Shown here one piece after another: positions 19,985 to 29,980 of a stretch of 64,000 nucleotides of DNA. A program made the translations under genes and the position numbers. Below the pieces are notes generated by a model. The model was not told the DNA's origin, did no database searches, and saw nothing but the letters and a program-made list of their open reading frames with translations. Each line of letters starts with the position of its first letter. Position 1 is the first letter of the stretch. Source of the stretch: Dehalococcoidia bacterium (GTDB lineage Bacteria; Chloroflexota; Dehalococcoidia; E44-bin15); assembly GCA_041649635.1 (NCBI GenBank), contig JBAZMV010000001.1, forward strand, positions 426,164 to 490,163, read 5' to 3'.

Positions 19985-20560
19985 GTTGGGCGATAGCTAA
20001 TCAACCCCCTATTATCCCCCAATCATGGGGGATTTTTTTATTAATATAGGGGACACCCCTATAACCCCGTCAGGAGACGCCGTCTCCTGTACCTCTGTAT
20101 GAAGCTAACCTCTCCCTTGAAGGGAGAGGACTACGGTGAGGGTGATAATATGCCCCGCATCTGTCATTCTGAGTCCTTCCATGATAGAGCTATTTAGAAG
20201 GATGAAGAATCTCGTCAACGCGGTGGGTTTGCGAACCCACCCTACGGACCGTCATTCCGGTGAAAACCGGAATCCATATCGGGCGAGGCAACCTCGCCCC
20301 TACTGTCATTCTGAATCCTCCTGACGAACGATGAAGAATCTCGTCTATTCACCGTTCGGTCGTCGCGTAGGGGCGAATCCTGTATTCGCCCGTTATTCTA
20401 CGTATCGTCATTCCGGCGAAGGCCGGAATCCATGGCGGGCGAGGCAACCTCGCCCCTACATGTGATGACGCTACACGCTATATGTGGTAGAATCCTTTCA
20501 TAATCGTGCCGAGCCGCTTTTCAGCGGGTATGATGACGGGGTAAAATTGTTGTAGAGGTG
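19985..20560. repeat. Mosaic repeat block (B,A,G,F',D,E,C,F',C,E,C)
   Basis: Modules as defined in the summary. Confidence 0.85.
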
Positions 20561-20567
20561 CGGGAGA

Positions 20568-20837
20568 ATGAAGGAATACACGATAATATTGAAGAAATCC
20601 GGCGACCAGTACGTGTCGCTGTGCCTTGAGCTGACAGTTGTCGGATGCGGCGATACCAGAGGGGAAGCTATAGCCAGCGTAAAGGATGCCATCGAGTCGT
20701 ATGTCGATTGCATGGGGGATGAAGCGCCGATCGACCGGCCGATATCATTGCAACTGCTTCACGATTTCCTTTCCGAGGGCGAAGCGGATTCGGGTCCTGA
20801 AGGCGCGCCCCGCCTCAAGGTGCTGGCCTATGGCTAA
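20568..20837 (+). CDS. hicB: HicB-family antitoxin (UPF0150-like, short form)
   Basis: MKEYTIILKKSGDQYVSLCLEL..GCGDTRGEAIASVKDAIE matches the HicB N-terminal domain. Confidence 0.7.
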   Translation: MKEYTIILKKSGDQYVSLCLELTVVGCGDTRGEAIASVKDAIESYVDCMGDEAPIDRPISLQLLHDFLSEGEADSGPEGAPRLKVLAYG

Positions 20838-21075
20838 CAGGGGGAAGATCCCCTCGATGTCCAGCAAGAAGCTCATCAAACTGCTGGAGCAGTCCGGGGC
20901 CTCGTTCGACCGGCAGGGAAAAGGCGACCACGCCATTTATCGCAGGGAAGTAAAGGGCAAGGTTCTCAAAGCCCCCGTCCTGCAGGGAAAGAATAACCTG
21001 CCGCCGGAATACAGCCTGGTGGTTTTCAAGCAGCTCGGCCTGACCGACGAGGAGATATCCCGCCTGCTGAGGTAG
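20830..21075 (+). CDS. hicA: HicA-family mRNA interferase toxin
   Basis: SSKKLIKLLEQSGASFDRQGKGDHAIYRR matches the HicA/YcfA fold. Its ATG overlaps the hicB stop by 8 nt. Confidence 0.7.
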   Translation: MANRGKIPSMSSKKLIKLLEQSGASFDRQGKGDHAIYRREVKGKVLKAPVLQGKNNLPPEYSLVVFKQLGLTDEEISRLLR

Positions 21076-21084
21076 AAGAGGTCG

Positions 21085-21440
21085 TTGGGCGATAGCAGAC
21101 CGAACCCCCTGTAATCCCCCATACGTTGGGGGATTTTTTTATTAATATAGGGGACACCCCTATAACCCCGTCAGGAGACGCCGTCTCCTGTACCTCTATC
21201 TAGAACCGTCATTCCGGCGAAGGCCGGAATCCATATCGCGGGCGAGAAGACCTCGCCCCTACATGTGATGACGATACACGCTATATATGGTAGAATCCTT
21301 TAATCGATATGCTGTTGAAGGTGTTCTTCACCTTCAACAATCAACGCAGGATTTCGGCGAGGTGAAGAACACCACGCCGAGCAAAGAATATCCAAACCGG
21401 ACGCCCCGCGGCTGAGGGGTTGTGCAACACGAGCCGATGA
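21085..21440. repeat. Repeat block (B,A,E,C,I modules)
   Basis: Modules as defined in the summary. Confidence 0.8.
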
Positions 21441-21468
21441 TGTATAAATGTCTTCAAGGAACTCAGAT

Positions 21469-22404
21469 ATGAAACTTTCCATAGTAATCCCCACCTACAA
21501 CGAGGAGAAGAACGTGTCGCTGCTGCACGATGAGATAAGCGCGGCGCTCAAGAATATCGACGCCGGTTACGAGATCATCTTCGTCGATGACGGCTCAACG
21601 GACGGGACCTACAGCGCGTTGAAGGAGATGCGCGGGCGCGACGGCAGGGTCAAGATCGTCAAGTTCAAGAAGAACTTCGGCCAGTCGGCGGCCATGGCCG
21701 CGGGCTTCGAGCACGCAAAAGGCGGCATCGTGGTCACCATGGACGCGGACATGCAGAACGACCCGTCGGACATACCGCTGTTGCTCGTCGAACTGGAAAA
21801 AGGTTACGACGTCGTCTGCGGCTGGCGCAAGAAGCGCAAGGATTCCATATCGAAAAAGCTGTTCTCACGGTTTGCCAACCTGCTGCGCAGGAAACTTACC
21901 GGGGCCACGATACACGACTCCGGATGCAGCCTGCGCGCCTACAGGAAGGAGTGCCTCAAGTCGCTGGAGCTCTACGGCGAGATGCACCGCTACATTCCGG
22001 CCATGCTGTCATGGAAGGGCTACAGGATAGGCGAGGTGCGCACCAACCACAGGCCGCGCGCCCACGGCAGGACCAAGTACGGCTACCAAAGGCTTATCAA
22101 GGGCTTCCTCGATCTGATACTGATCCTGTTCTGGCAGAAGTACTCCATGCGCCCCATCCACCTGCTGGGCGGGTCCGGGATAGTGCTGGCTATCATCGGC
22201 GTGCTGCTCGGCCTCTACCTGGGCATAGAGAGGCTGGCCTTCGGCACTCCACTTGGCGACCGTCCTCTGTTCATGCTGGCGATACTGATGATAATCGTGG
22301 GCATCCAGTTCCTGGTCTTCGGCGTGCTGGCCGATATACTGGTGCGCATATACTACGGGCAGGGCGAGCGTAAATACTATACCGTCGAAGAGGTGCTGGA
22401 ATAA
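21469..22404 (+). CDS. GT2 polyprenyl-phosphate glycosyltransferase (GtrB/DPM1/ArnC-like)
   Basis: LSIVIPTYNEE, DDGSTD and DAD motifs, plus two C-terminal TM helices. Confidence 0.85.
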   Translation: MKLSIVIPTYNEEKNVSLLHDEISAALKNIDAGYEIIFVDDGSTDGTYSALKEMRGRDGRVKIVKFKKNFGQSAAMAAGFEHAKGGIVVTMDADMQNDPSDIPLLLVELEKGYDVVCGWRKKRKDSISKKLFSRFANLLRRKLTGATIHDSGCSLRAYRKECLKSLELYGEMHRYIPAMLSWKGYRIGEVRTNHRPRAHGRTKYGYQRLIKGFLDLILILFWQKYSMRPIHLLGGSGIVLAIIGVLLGLYLGIERLAFGTPLGDRPLFMLAILMIIVGIQFLVFGVLADILVRIYYGQGERKYYTVEEVLE

Positions 22405-22412
22405 AAGTCCTG

Positions 22413-23525
22413 ATGCTCAACTACGAGTATCCTCCTCTGGGCGGCGGGGCGGCCAACGCCTGCAAGTACATACTGGGCGAGCTGGCGCGGAAACAGATAG
22501 AAGTAGACCTGGTCACATCCGCGGCTAACGACAAATTCGAACAGGAGAAGATCGGCGATACGGTAACGCTGTACAAGCTGCCCGTAAACAAGAAGGACAT
22601 CCACTACTGGACGCAGAAGGAAATCCTGTCGTATACGCTTAAAGCGACTAAATTCATGCGGCGGCTGATGAAGGACAACCATTACGATGTGTGCCACGCC
22701 TTCTTCGGCATCCCGTGCGGCGCGATGGCTTACCTGTTCAAGAGACGTCTGTCTTATATCGTCTCCCTCAGGGGCTCGGACGTGCCCGGATTCAACAAGC
22801 GCTTCTCCGCCGAGTACGTTGTGCTGAAACCGATAATCAAAGAGGTGTGGAGAAGGTCCGCGTCGGTGGTAGCCAACAGCCAGGGCTTGAAGGAGCTGGC
22901 GCTGCGTTCAGACCCGAAGCGGAATATAGATATCATCTACAACGGCATAGACACGGCGCAGTTCATACCAGGCAGCGGCGGCGGGGATAAGGTAAAAATC
23001 CTCTGCGTGTCGCGGCTGATCGGACGCAAGGGCATCAGCCACCTGATAGAGAGCGCGCCCATCATCAAAGAGAAATACAATGGAAAATTTGAGATATCGA
23101 TAGTGGGCGAGGGCAACCTGGAGCAGGAGCTGCGCGCCCTGTCCGCGAGCCTGGGCGCGGACGACGTGGTTTCCTTTGCCGGGTACGTGGAGCATAGTAA
23201 ACTGCCGGAGATATACGCGGGCTCGGATATTTTCATACTGCCCTCCATGAACGAGGGCATGTCCAACACGGTGCTTGAGGCCATGGCCTGCGGCCTGCCC
23301 ATCATCACAACGGACACGGGCGGCACGCGGGAGCTGATAAAGGATAACGGCATAGTATTGAGCGAGGTTAGCGGCGCTGCCATAGCCGATGCGGTACTGC
23401 GCCTGATGACGGATGATAAGGCGCGGCGGGAGATGGGACGCAAGTCAAGGGAGTTAGCGGAGGGTTTGAGCTGGGAGAAGGTTGCGGAGAGCTATTTGAG
23501 GATGTATGAAACCATCAAACTTTAG
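22413..23525 (+). CDS. GT4 family glycosyltransferase
   Basis: EYPPLGGG N-terminal motif and EGMSNTVLEAMACGLPIITTDTGG (E-x7-E) C-terminal motif. Confidence 0.85.
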   Translation: MLNYEYPPLGGGAANACKYILGELARKQIEVDLVTSAANDKFEQEKIGDTVTLYKLPVNKKDIHYWTQKEILSYTLKATKFMRRLMKDNHYDVCHAFFGIPCGAMAYLFKRRLSYIVSLRGSDVPGFNKRFSAEYVVLKPIIKEVWRRSASVVANSQGLKELALRSDPKRNIDIIYNGIDTAQFIPGSGGGDKVKILCVSRLIGRKGISHLIESAPIIKEKYNGKFEISIVGEGNLEQELRALSASLGADDVVSFAGYVEHSKLPEIYAGSDIFILPSMNEGMSNTVLEAMACGLPIITTDTGGTRELIKDNGIVLSEVSGAAIADAVLRLMTDDKARREMGRKSRELAEGLSWEKVAESYLRMYETIKL

Positions 23526-23557
23526 TGAATATCCAATATTAAATATGACGGAATGGC

Positions 23558-24343
23558 GTGGTAATGCGGTTTCAGTTTGGTAAAAATTGGCAGTCTTTTT
23601 CCCGGAGCGCCCTGAATGAAGATAAGATAAATCAGGCGAGAAATGATTTTCTTGCACTCTTCTCAGACATTGACTTAAAGGGGAAGCGCTTCTTTGACAT
23701 AGGCTTTGGCCAGGGCCTCACTTTGCTGCTTGCCGGGGAGGCTGGAGCCAATGTTTACGGAATAGATATAGATGCGGATAACCTGTCCGCTCTGAGCGAA
23801 ACGAAGAAATTCTTTCCTGCCATCGAGATGCCTGATACGGAAGTTGTTTCAATACTGGATAACAATTTCATCGAGAGGCAGATCAAGTCCGGCGGATATG
23901 ATGTAGTGCATTCCTGGGGGGTGCTGCATCATACCGGCAATATGGAACAAGCTATCAAGAATGCGACTAAGCTGACGAAAGACCGGGGGTTCCTGATTAT
24001 ATCCATCTATAATAAACACTGGTCTTCCCCGCTCTGGCGCTGCATAAAGTGGACTTATAATAAGGCTCCCAATGTAATGCGGTGTGCGATGCTCAGGGCA
24101 TTGTATCCCATAGTCTACACGGCGAAGTGGTGTGTTACGCGGCGAAATCCGAAAAAGCATAAGCGCGGCATGGATTTCTGGCATAATCTGGTTGATTGGG
24201 TAGGAGGGTATCCTTACGAGTACGCAACGCCGCAGGCGGTACAGAAATCCGTTTGTGACCTGGGTTTCACAGTTGTGAAATACACTCCCGCGGCTGTTCC
24301 GACCGGCTGCAACGAGTTTGTATTTCAGAAGAAGGCTTCCTGA
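23558..24343 (+). CDS. Class I SAM-dependent methyltransferase
   Basis: FDIGFGQGL SAM-binding motif I, 261 aa. Confidence 0.7.
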   Translation: MVMRFQFGKNWQSFSRSALNEDKINQARNDFLALFSDIDLKGKRFFDIGFGQGLTLLLAGEAGANVYGIDIDADNLSALSETKKFFPAIEMPDTEVVSILDNNFIERQIKSGGYDVVHSWGVLHHTGNMEQAIKNATKLTKDRGFLIISIYNKHWSSPLWRCIKWTYNKAPNVMRCAMLRALYPIVYTAKWCVTRRNPKKHKRGMDFWHNLVDWVGGYPYEYATPQAVQKSVCDLGFTVVKYTPAAVPTGCNEFVFQKKAS

Positions 24344-26263
24344 ATGTGCGGGATATGCGGGCAGTTCATATTCAACGGCATAGCGCCGTCCGATATTGCT
24401 GCTACGAGCAACATGTGCTCGGTTCTGAAGCATCGCGGCCCGGATGACGAGGGTTTTTACAACGACGGCTTTATTTCGCTGGGTCATAGGCGACTGAGCA
24501 TCATAGATATAGAGGGCGGCCATCAGCCTATAAGCAATGAGGATGGAACGGTCTGGGTTATAACCAATGGCGAAATCTACAATTTTAAAGAGTTGCGAAA
24601 TGCTCTTGAGAAAAGCGGCCATGTTTTTTCCAGCAGGAGCGACAGCGAAGTTCTCGTTCACTTATATGAAGAGCAAGGACGCGCTTTGGTTAAAGAACTG
24701 CGGGGAATGTTCGCCTTCGCTATCTGGGATTCACGTAATAAGACTCTGCTTCTTGGAAGGGATAGATTAGGTAAGAAGCCTCTGTTCTATGCTTATAACC
24801 AAGAGCGTTTTCTGTTCGCATCAGAGCTCAAAGCTCTACTGCAAGAGCCAAGTATTAAACATGAAGTGAACTTAACTTCCCTGCACCACTTTCTGACGCT
24901 GCAATGGGTGCCCGGCCCCCAGACCATTATTCAGGGCGTTAACCAGCTACAGGCAGGCCATACTCTTGTCTGCTCCAACGGGCAGGTGAAAATAGAAAGA
25001 TACTGGGAACCGGAGTTCCTTCCCAAAAACAAGCTGTCAAAAGACGAAGCCCTGGAAGCCACGCAGTCATTGTTGGAAGAGGCGGTCAAGTTACGCCTGG
25101 TGAGCGATGTTCCCCTGGGAGCCTTCCTGAGCGGCGGGCTTGATTCTAGCTTGATCGTAGCCCTGATGGCGCGGGCAACGGATAAAAAGGTTAAGACCTT
25201 CTCCGTGGGGTTTACGGAAGAAGCCTTCAGCGAGTTAGAACATGCGCGTGCAGTTGCCAAATACTTTGATACCGAACACGAAGAGATATTTGTTAAGCCG
25301 GATATCATAGCATTGCTTCCCAAGCTCATATGGCATCTTGACCAACCTTTAGCCGACCCTGCCGCAATTCCAACATATTATCTATCGGAGTCTACAAGAA
25401 GGCATGTTACCGTAGCCCTCAATGGCGATGGCGGAGACGAAACCTTTGCAGGCTATCAGCGCTATTTTGCCGACGGTATAGCCGATGCTTATGCTGTTGT
25501 GCCTGCAGCAGTAAGAAATAAGCTCATTCTTCCTGTGTTGAGGAGGTTTACCGGCGTTTCGGATAAGCCCGTTGATACCGATGTTTGGGGTGCCGTAATA
25601 CGCATGCATCAGGCGGCTGATATTGCGCAGGAAGCCAGTATCATCAGGTGGGGTTCATATTTCAACTCCGACATGAAAGATGATATTTATAGTGATGAGC
25701 TGCGCAATACTCTGCGGAATACGGACTCCGTAGAACTGCTGCGTGAGACTTTCCGCCGCGCAGAAAATCATGCGGATAACAGGTTGGACAAGACACTGTA
25801 TGTTGATATGATGAACTATCTCCCCGACGACCTTCTGGTCAAGATTGACCGGATGTGCATGGCTAACTCATTAGAAGGGAGGTCGCCGTTTCTGGATCAA
25901 AAATTTGTGGAGTTTGCCTGCCGCATGCCAATAGAATTTAAGGATAAGAGAACGACTACAAAATACCTGCTGCGGGAACTGGCGAAAAAGATAATCCCTC
26001 AGGATATTGCCGCGCGGCGCAAGCACGGTTTCTCGGTTCCCATTGGAAGCTGGATCCGGTCGGAACTGAGAGATATGACATATGAAACATTGCTGAGCCC
26101 ACAGGCATTGAGCAGAGGCTATTTCAAGCAGCAAGCGCTTGAAAATCTTCTGGACGAACATTGTGCAAAAAAGGCTGACCATGGAAAGCGGATATGGGCA
26201 TTGCTTTGCCTGGAATTATGGCATCAAGTTGTTATAGATTATACAAAAATACCGATGAGTTAA
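24344..26263 (+). CDS. asnB: Asparagine synthase (glutamine-hydrolysing) family amidotransferase, glycan-cluster type
   Basis: N-terminal MCGI Cys nucleophile, SGGLDSS PP-loop motif, 639 aa. Confidence 0.85.
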   Translation: MCGICGQFIFNGIAPSDIAATSNMCSVLKHRGPDDEGFYNDGFISLGHRRLSIIDIEGGHQPISNEDGTVWVITNGEIYNFKELRNALEKSGHVFSSRSDSEVLVHLYEEQGRALVKELRGMFAFAIWDSRNKTLLLGRDRLGKKPLFYAYNQERFLFASELKALLQEPSIKHEVNLTSLHHFLTLQWVPGPQTIIQGVNQLQAGHTLVCSNGQVKIERYWEPEFLPKNKLSKDEALEATQSLLEEAVKLRLVSDVPLGAFLSGGLDSSLIVALMARATDKKVKTFSVGFTEEAFSELEHARAVAKYFDTEHEEIFVKPDIIALLPKLIWHLDQPLADPAAIPTYYLSESTRRHVTVALNGDGGDETFAGYQRYFADGIADAYAVVPAAVRNKLILPVLRRFTGVSDKPVDTDVWGAVIRMHQAADIAQEASIIRWGSYFNSDMKDDIYSDELRNTLRNTDSVELLRETFRRAENHADNRLDKTLYVDMMNYLPDDLLVKIDRMCMANSLEGRSPFLDQKFVEFACRMPIEFKDKRTTTKYLLRELAKKIIPQDIAARRKHGFSVPIGSWIRSELRDMTYETLLSPQALSRGYFKQQALENLLDEHCAKKADHGKRIWALLCLELWHQVVIDYTKIPMS

Positions 26264-26375
26264 CTAATCTAGAGGAGGTATAGGTATTAGTTCTCTTATA
26301 TCGCACTTAATTAAGCCTAAACGACATTCAAGAACAGGGAAAATAAATGTACTCCACGTAATAGATCATCTTGGA

Positions 26376-27491
26376 TTGGGCGGAGCACAGACACTGTTAT
26401 TGGATTTGTTAAAGGATTGGGACAGCGAAAAATACAGAGTATATGTCTGCGCTTTAAAGAAGCCAGGGGTATTGGATAAGCAAGCGAAAGCTCAGGGTTT
26501 AAACGTAAGTTATTTTGACAGACAGAAGTATGATCCCAGAAAGATTCTTGACCTGATCAGATTCATCAGGAAGAATAAGATTCAAATAGTTCACACGCAT
26601 CTGCTTGGCGCGGGCATTATTGGGCGGATTGCCGCAACTATTTGCCAAGTGCCAGTTGTGATTGTGCACGACCATAGCGGGTTCCCAATGTTGAGCAATA
26701 TCCCTACAGTATATTCGCGTCTTCTACGTATGATGGATAAACCACTGACGTATGTTACTGATAGAGTTATTGCAGTATCGTATTCAGTGAAAGAGCGGCG
26801 TATTAAAAGGGGATTACCAGATAAAAATAAGGTTGTTGTTATCCACAATGGTATAGATATAAATAAATTCAATAGTGATCTTTATGACAATGACAAAATC
26901 AGAGAGACTATGTCTATCGGTGCATCGGATGTAGTTATAGGGGCTGTTGGGCGTTTAAGTCCTGAGAAGGGGCTTGATTTTCTACTTGAGGCTGCGTCAA
27001 AGATTTATAGTAAATATACGGAAGCTAAGTTGGTCATAATTGGCGATGGGCCATGCAGAAATATGTTAGAGCAACAAACCATCGACCTGGGGATAAGTGA
27101 GAAGGTCATTTTCACCGGATTCAGAGATGATGTTCCCGAATTGTTATCGGCGATGGACATATTTGTTTCATCGTCGCTTTTTGAAGCGTTTCCGATGGTT
27201 ATACTAGAGGCAATGTCAATGTCCAAACCGGTGGTTGCTACAAATGTGGGGGGTATTCCAGAGATGATAATACCCGGTGTGACAGGTTTTATAGTGCCGC
27301 CAGGTGATTCAGAGGCTTTATATACAGCTATTATTCAATTGTTGGATGATCCGGACAGAAGGATAACGTTTGGTCAAAATGGGCGGCAACGTATTGAAGA
27401 GTTTTTTACAACGCAAGTCATAGTGAATAAACTAGTAGAGTTATATGATGAACTTGTAGGTTGTAAATTAAATAAGGCACATCTTGAATGA
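26376..27491 (+). CDS. GT4 family glycosyltransferase (true start probably upstream, non-canonical)
   Basis: GGAQ motif and EAFPMVILEAMSMSKPVVATNVGG. The conserved first beta-strand VLHVIDHLGLGGAQ lies in-frame upstream of the first TTG (26376). There is no ATG/GTG/TTG back to the in-frame stop at 26265. A GAGGAGG SD at 26272-78 sits 7 nt before an ATT at 26286. Confidence 0.7.
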   Translation: MGGAQTLLLDLLKDWDSEKYRVYVCALKKPGVLDKQAKAQGLNVSYFDRQKYDPRKILDLIRFIRKNKIQIVHTHLLGAGIIGRIAATICQVPVVIVHDHSGFPMLSNIPTVYSRLLRMMDKPLTYVTDRVIAVSYSVKERRIKRGLPDKNKVVVIHNGIDINKFNSDLYDNDKIRETMSIGASDVVIGAVGRLSPEKGLDFLLEAASKIYSKYTEAKLVIIGDGPCRNMLEQQTIDLGISEKVIFTGFRDDVPELLSAMDIFVSSSLFEAFPMVILEAMSMSKPVVATNVGGIPEMIIPGVTGFIVPPGDSEALYTAIIQLLDDPDRRITFGQNGRQRIEEFFTTQVIVNKLVELYDELVGCKLNKAHLE

Positions 27492-27506
27492 TGATGGAGA
27501 TCAAAT

Positions 27507-28730
27507 TTGAAAACTAATCTTCAAATAATTTCTAGGTTGCTATTAAATCTTCTGTTGTATAGTTTGTCTTATATAACTCCCAAAAATGAAGAATTGATAT
27601 TATTGGGGTCCGGCAAAGGGGGTTCCTTTAAAGGAAATCCGAAATATTTATATCTCTATGCCAATCGTGAAAGGGAGGTTAAGAACCGTTTCCAGTTTGT
27701 GTGGATTACTCAGAATAGAACCATACTTAAAAAACTCAAGGATGAGGGGTATCCAGTCGTTGATAAGTATAGTTTGAAAGGTTTTTGGACCATATTAAGG
27801 TCCAGTAATTTAGTTATAGAGCAATCCGCTAAAGATGTCAGCTATTTAGGTGTGCTTAACGGAAGGTTTAACATTATTCAAACTTGGCACGGAACCTTAT
27901 TTAAGAAAGTTGCTTTTGACGCCAAAAAAGTAGATCAAGAGAAAACATTGTTGACTCGAATATTCGATTATTTTCTTAATAAAGAATTTAATAATTACAT
28001 ATTCATTTGTTCTGCATCGGAGGAGACCTCTAGTAAGTTGATCCCAGCATTCAGAAATAATAATGTAGTGATTACCGGTTATCCGAGGAATGATATATTT
28101 TATTCCAATGAGATATCGTTTAACGATGTATTCAAAATCCTATCCCTAGGTTCTTATGAAAGGGTTGTAGTGTATGCTCCGACTTTTAGAGAAATCGCAA
28201 CATGTAAAGGCCCGTTTTCGGATACATTACTAGTTAGATTGAATAGTTTCCTAGCGGACAATAATTACATAATGCTGATTAAGAAACATCCTTTTGAAAA
28301 GGTATTGGTATCTATAACGGGATACTCTAATATCAAAGACGTGTCTAAAGAAGTTGATGATGTACAGGAACTATTAGCATATACGGACATTCTTATCACT
28401 GATTATTCAAGTGTTTATTTCGACTATTCGTTAACTGATAAACCAATTATCTATTACCCTTATGACTATAAAGGATATTTAAAGAACTGCCGGGAATTCT
28501 ATTATGACTATTATGAAGAGCAACCCGGGCCGTTCGCACACACTGAAGAGGAGCTATTAGTATTGCTTAAAGATATCAATGACTGGTTTAATGATGAAGG
28601 ATACAGAATTAAATATAGAAATTTTAAGAACAAATACAATCACTTTCAAGATGGTAATAGTTCTGAAAGGACTTATCAGATAATTATCGATCTTCTGAAT
28701 TCAAGAAAATCTGCAGGAAAGTTAGAGTAA
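27507..28730 (+). CDS. CDP-glycerol/CDP-alcohol poly(polyol-phosphate) phosphotransferase family (TagB/TagF-like)
   Basis: ILITDYSSVYFDY signature of the TagF family. TTG start behind a ggaga SD. Very AT-rich (~30% GC). Confidence 0.7.
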   Translation: MKTNLQIISRLLLNLLLYSLSYITPKNEELILLGSGKGGSFKGNPKYLYLYANREREVKNRFQFVWITQNRTILKKLKDEGYPVVDKYSLKGFWTILRSSNLVIEQSAKDVSYLGVLNGRFNIIQTWHGTLFKKVAFDAKKVDQEKTLLTRIFDYFLNKEFNNYIFICSASEETSSKLIPAFRNNNVVITGYPRNDIFYSNEISFNDVFKILSLGSYERVVVYAPTFREIATCKGPFSDTLLVRLNSFLADNNYIMLIKKHPFEKVLVSITGYSNIKDVSKEVDDVQELLAYTDILITDYSSVYFDYSLTDKPIIYYPYDYKGYLKNCREFYYDYYEEQPGPFAHTEEELLVLLKDINDWFNDEGYRIKYRNFKNKYNHFQDGNSSERTYQIIIDLLNSRKSAGKLE

Positions 28731-28735
28731 CGGCA

Positions 28736-29260
28736 ATGAGACAAAGAGTAATGGACTTATTGATGGCAACTAAGTTTTTAGAAGTTACTGAAATCAAAGC
28801 GTCACAACTAGCCTTTGAGGAGAGAGTACACCTGAACTGTTTTCACTGTATACGTTATGGTGTGAACTGGACCTGCCCTCCAAAAATTCCACAAGTAGAC
28901 TATCAAAAGCTCATTTGTGAATATGAAAACCTACTGTTAGTTTACTGCAAAATGCCGTTGACAGCCGATAAATTTGAAGTCGTTAGAAGGACGTCAACTA
29001 ACACTCTTCACCATGCTTTGCTTGCCGCCGAGAAGCTATTATGGGAATCAAACTATCCGCTGGCCATTTCTTTTATGGGGGGTTCATGTAAACTTTGCCC
29101 CGAAGGTTGTGATGAACTTGCCTGCCGGCATCCTGATAAAGCAAGAATTCCTCTGGAAGGAATCGGGGTAAACGTAGTAAAATCAGCTGAGAATGTTGGA
29201 TTAAATATTGTTTTCCCACCTGTGGATTACATGTTCCGGGTAGGATTACTAGGATGGTGA
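28736..29260 (+). CDS. Cys-rich hypothetical protein (putative metal-binding, possibly DUF2284-like)
   Basis: CFHC...C and CKLCPEGCDELAC clusters. AT-rich. Confidence 0.5.
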   Translation: MRQRVMDLLMATKFLEVTEIKASQLAFEERVHLNCFHCIRYGVNWTCPPKIPQVDYQKLICEYENLLLVYCKMPLTADKFEVVRRTSTNTLHHALLAAEKLLWESNYPLAISFMGGSCKLCPEGCDELACRHPDKARIPLEGIGVNVVKSAENVGLNIVFPPVDYMFRVGLLGW

Positions 29261-29263
29261 GAA

Positions 29264-29980
29264 ATGAAAGTGATTATCCTCGCTGCAGGTTTGGGAACAA
29301 GACTTAGACCACTGACCACAAATATACCCAAGTGCCTTTTTAAATTAAGTAAGGATCAGACTATCATTGGCAGAATGGTAAACATCATTAAGAAAATTTC
29401 AGATTCTCCTGTTTACGTTGTTACCGGTTTTATGCATGAAAAAATAGAGGGTCAACTGGCAGGCGTGGAATTTGTTCATAACCCTTTCTACCGTGTAACC
29501 AATAGTATCGTATCTCTTTGGTTTGCCCGTGAACATCTCGATGATGATGTGATCATCATTAATTCTGATATAGTCATACAAGCCCCAATATTCGAAGAGG
29601 TTTTGAAAATTGAACATCCCGCCGCAGTATTGATAGATTCATCCAAAGCGCGCACTGCAGATTACAAGGTAGCCACCTATAATGATAGGGTTATCATGAT
29701 GAGTAAAGAACTTACTGCTAATTCCGGTGAATACGTTGGTATCACCAAACTTTCCAGGGCAGCAGCAGGCAGTCTAAAACAAAAAATTGAAGAAATGGTT
29801 AAAAATGATCAGATAGACGAGTGGTACGAGAATGCATTGGTGAACATGATACTCGATGATGATTTTGACCTGAATTATGTTGACGTCTCGCATCTGCAGT
29901 GGGTTGAAATTGACACAGTAGATGATCTCTTAATGGCCAGAAAAATATGTGATATGGAAAGAAGTGGTAATGACGTTTAA
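29264..29980 (+). CDS. Sugar/alcohol-phosphate nucleotidyltransferase (LicC-like cytidylyltransferase family)
   Basis: MKVIILAAGLGTRLRPLT NTP-transferase signature. 238 aa, like LicC. Confidence 0.75.
   Translation: MKVIILAAGLGTRLRPLTTNIPKCLFKLSKDQTIIGRMVNIIKKISDSPVYVVTGFMHEKIEGQLAGVEFVHNPFYRVTNSIVSLWFAREHLDDDVIIINSDIVIQAPIFEEVLKIEHPAAVLIDSSKARTADYKVATYNDRVIMMSKELTANSGEYVGITKLSRAAAGSLKQKIEEMVKNDQIDEWYENALVNMILDDDFDLNYVDVSHLQWVEIDTVDDLLMARKICDMERSGNDV

Noticed and set aside
22389-22415. Possible ATA start (22401) for the first GT4 gene giving IKVLMLNYEYPP
   Set aside because: A canonical ATG at 22413, 8 nt after the gtrB-like stop, allows translational coupling and still leaves an acceptable first beta-strand. 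A non-canonical start is not needed.
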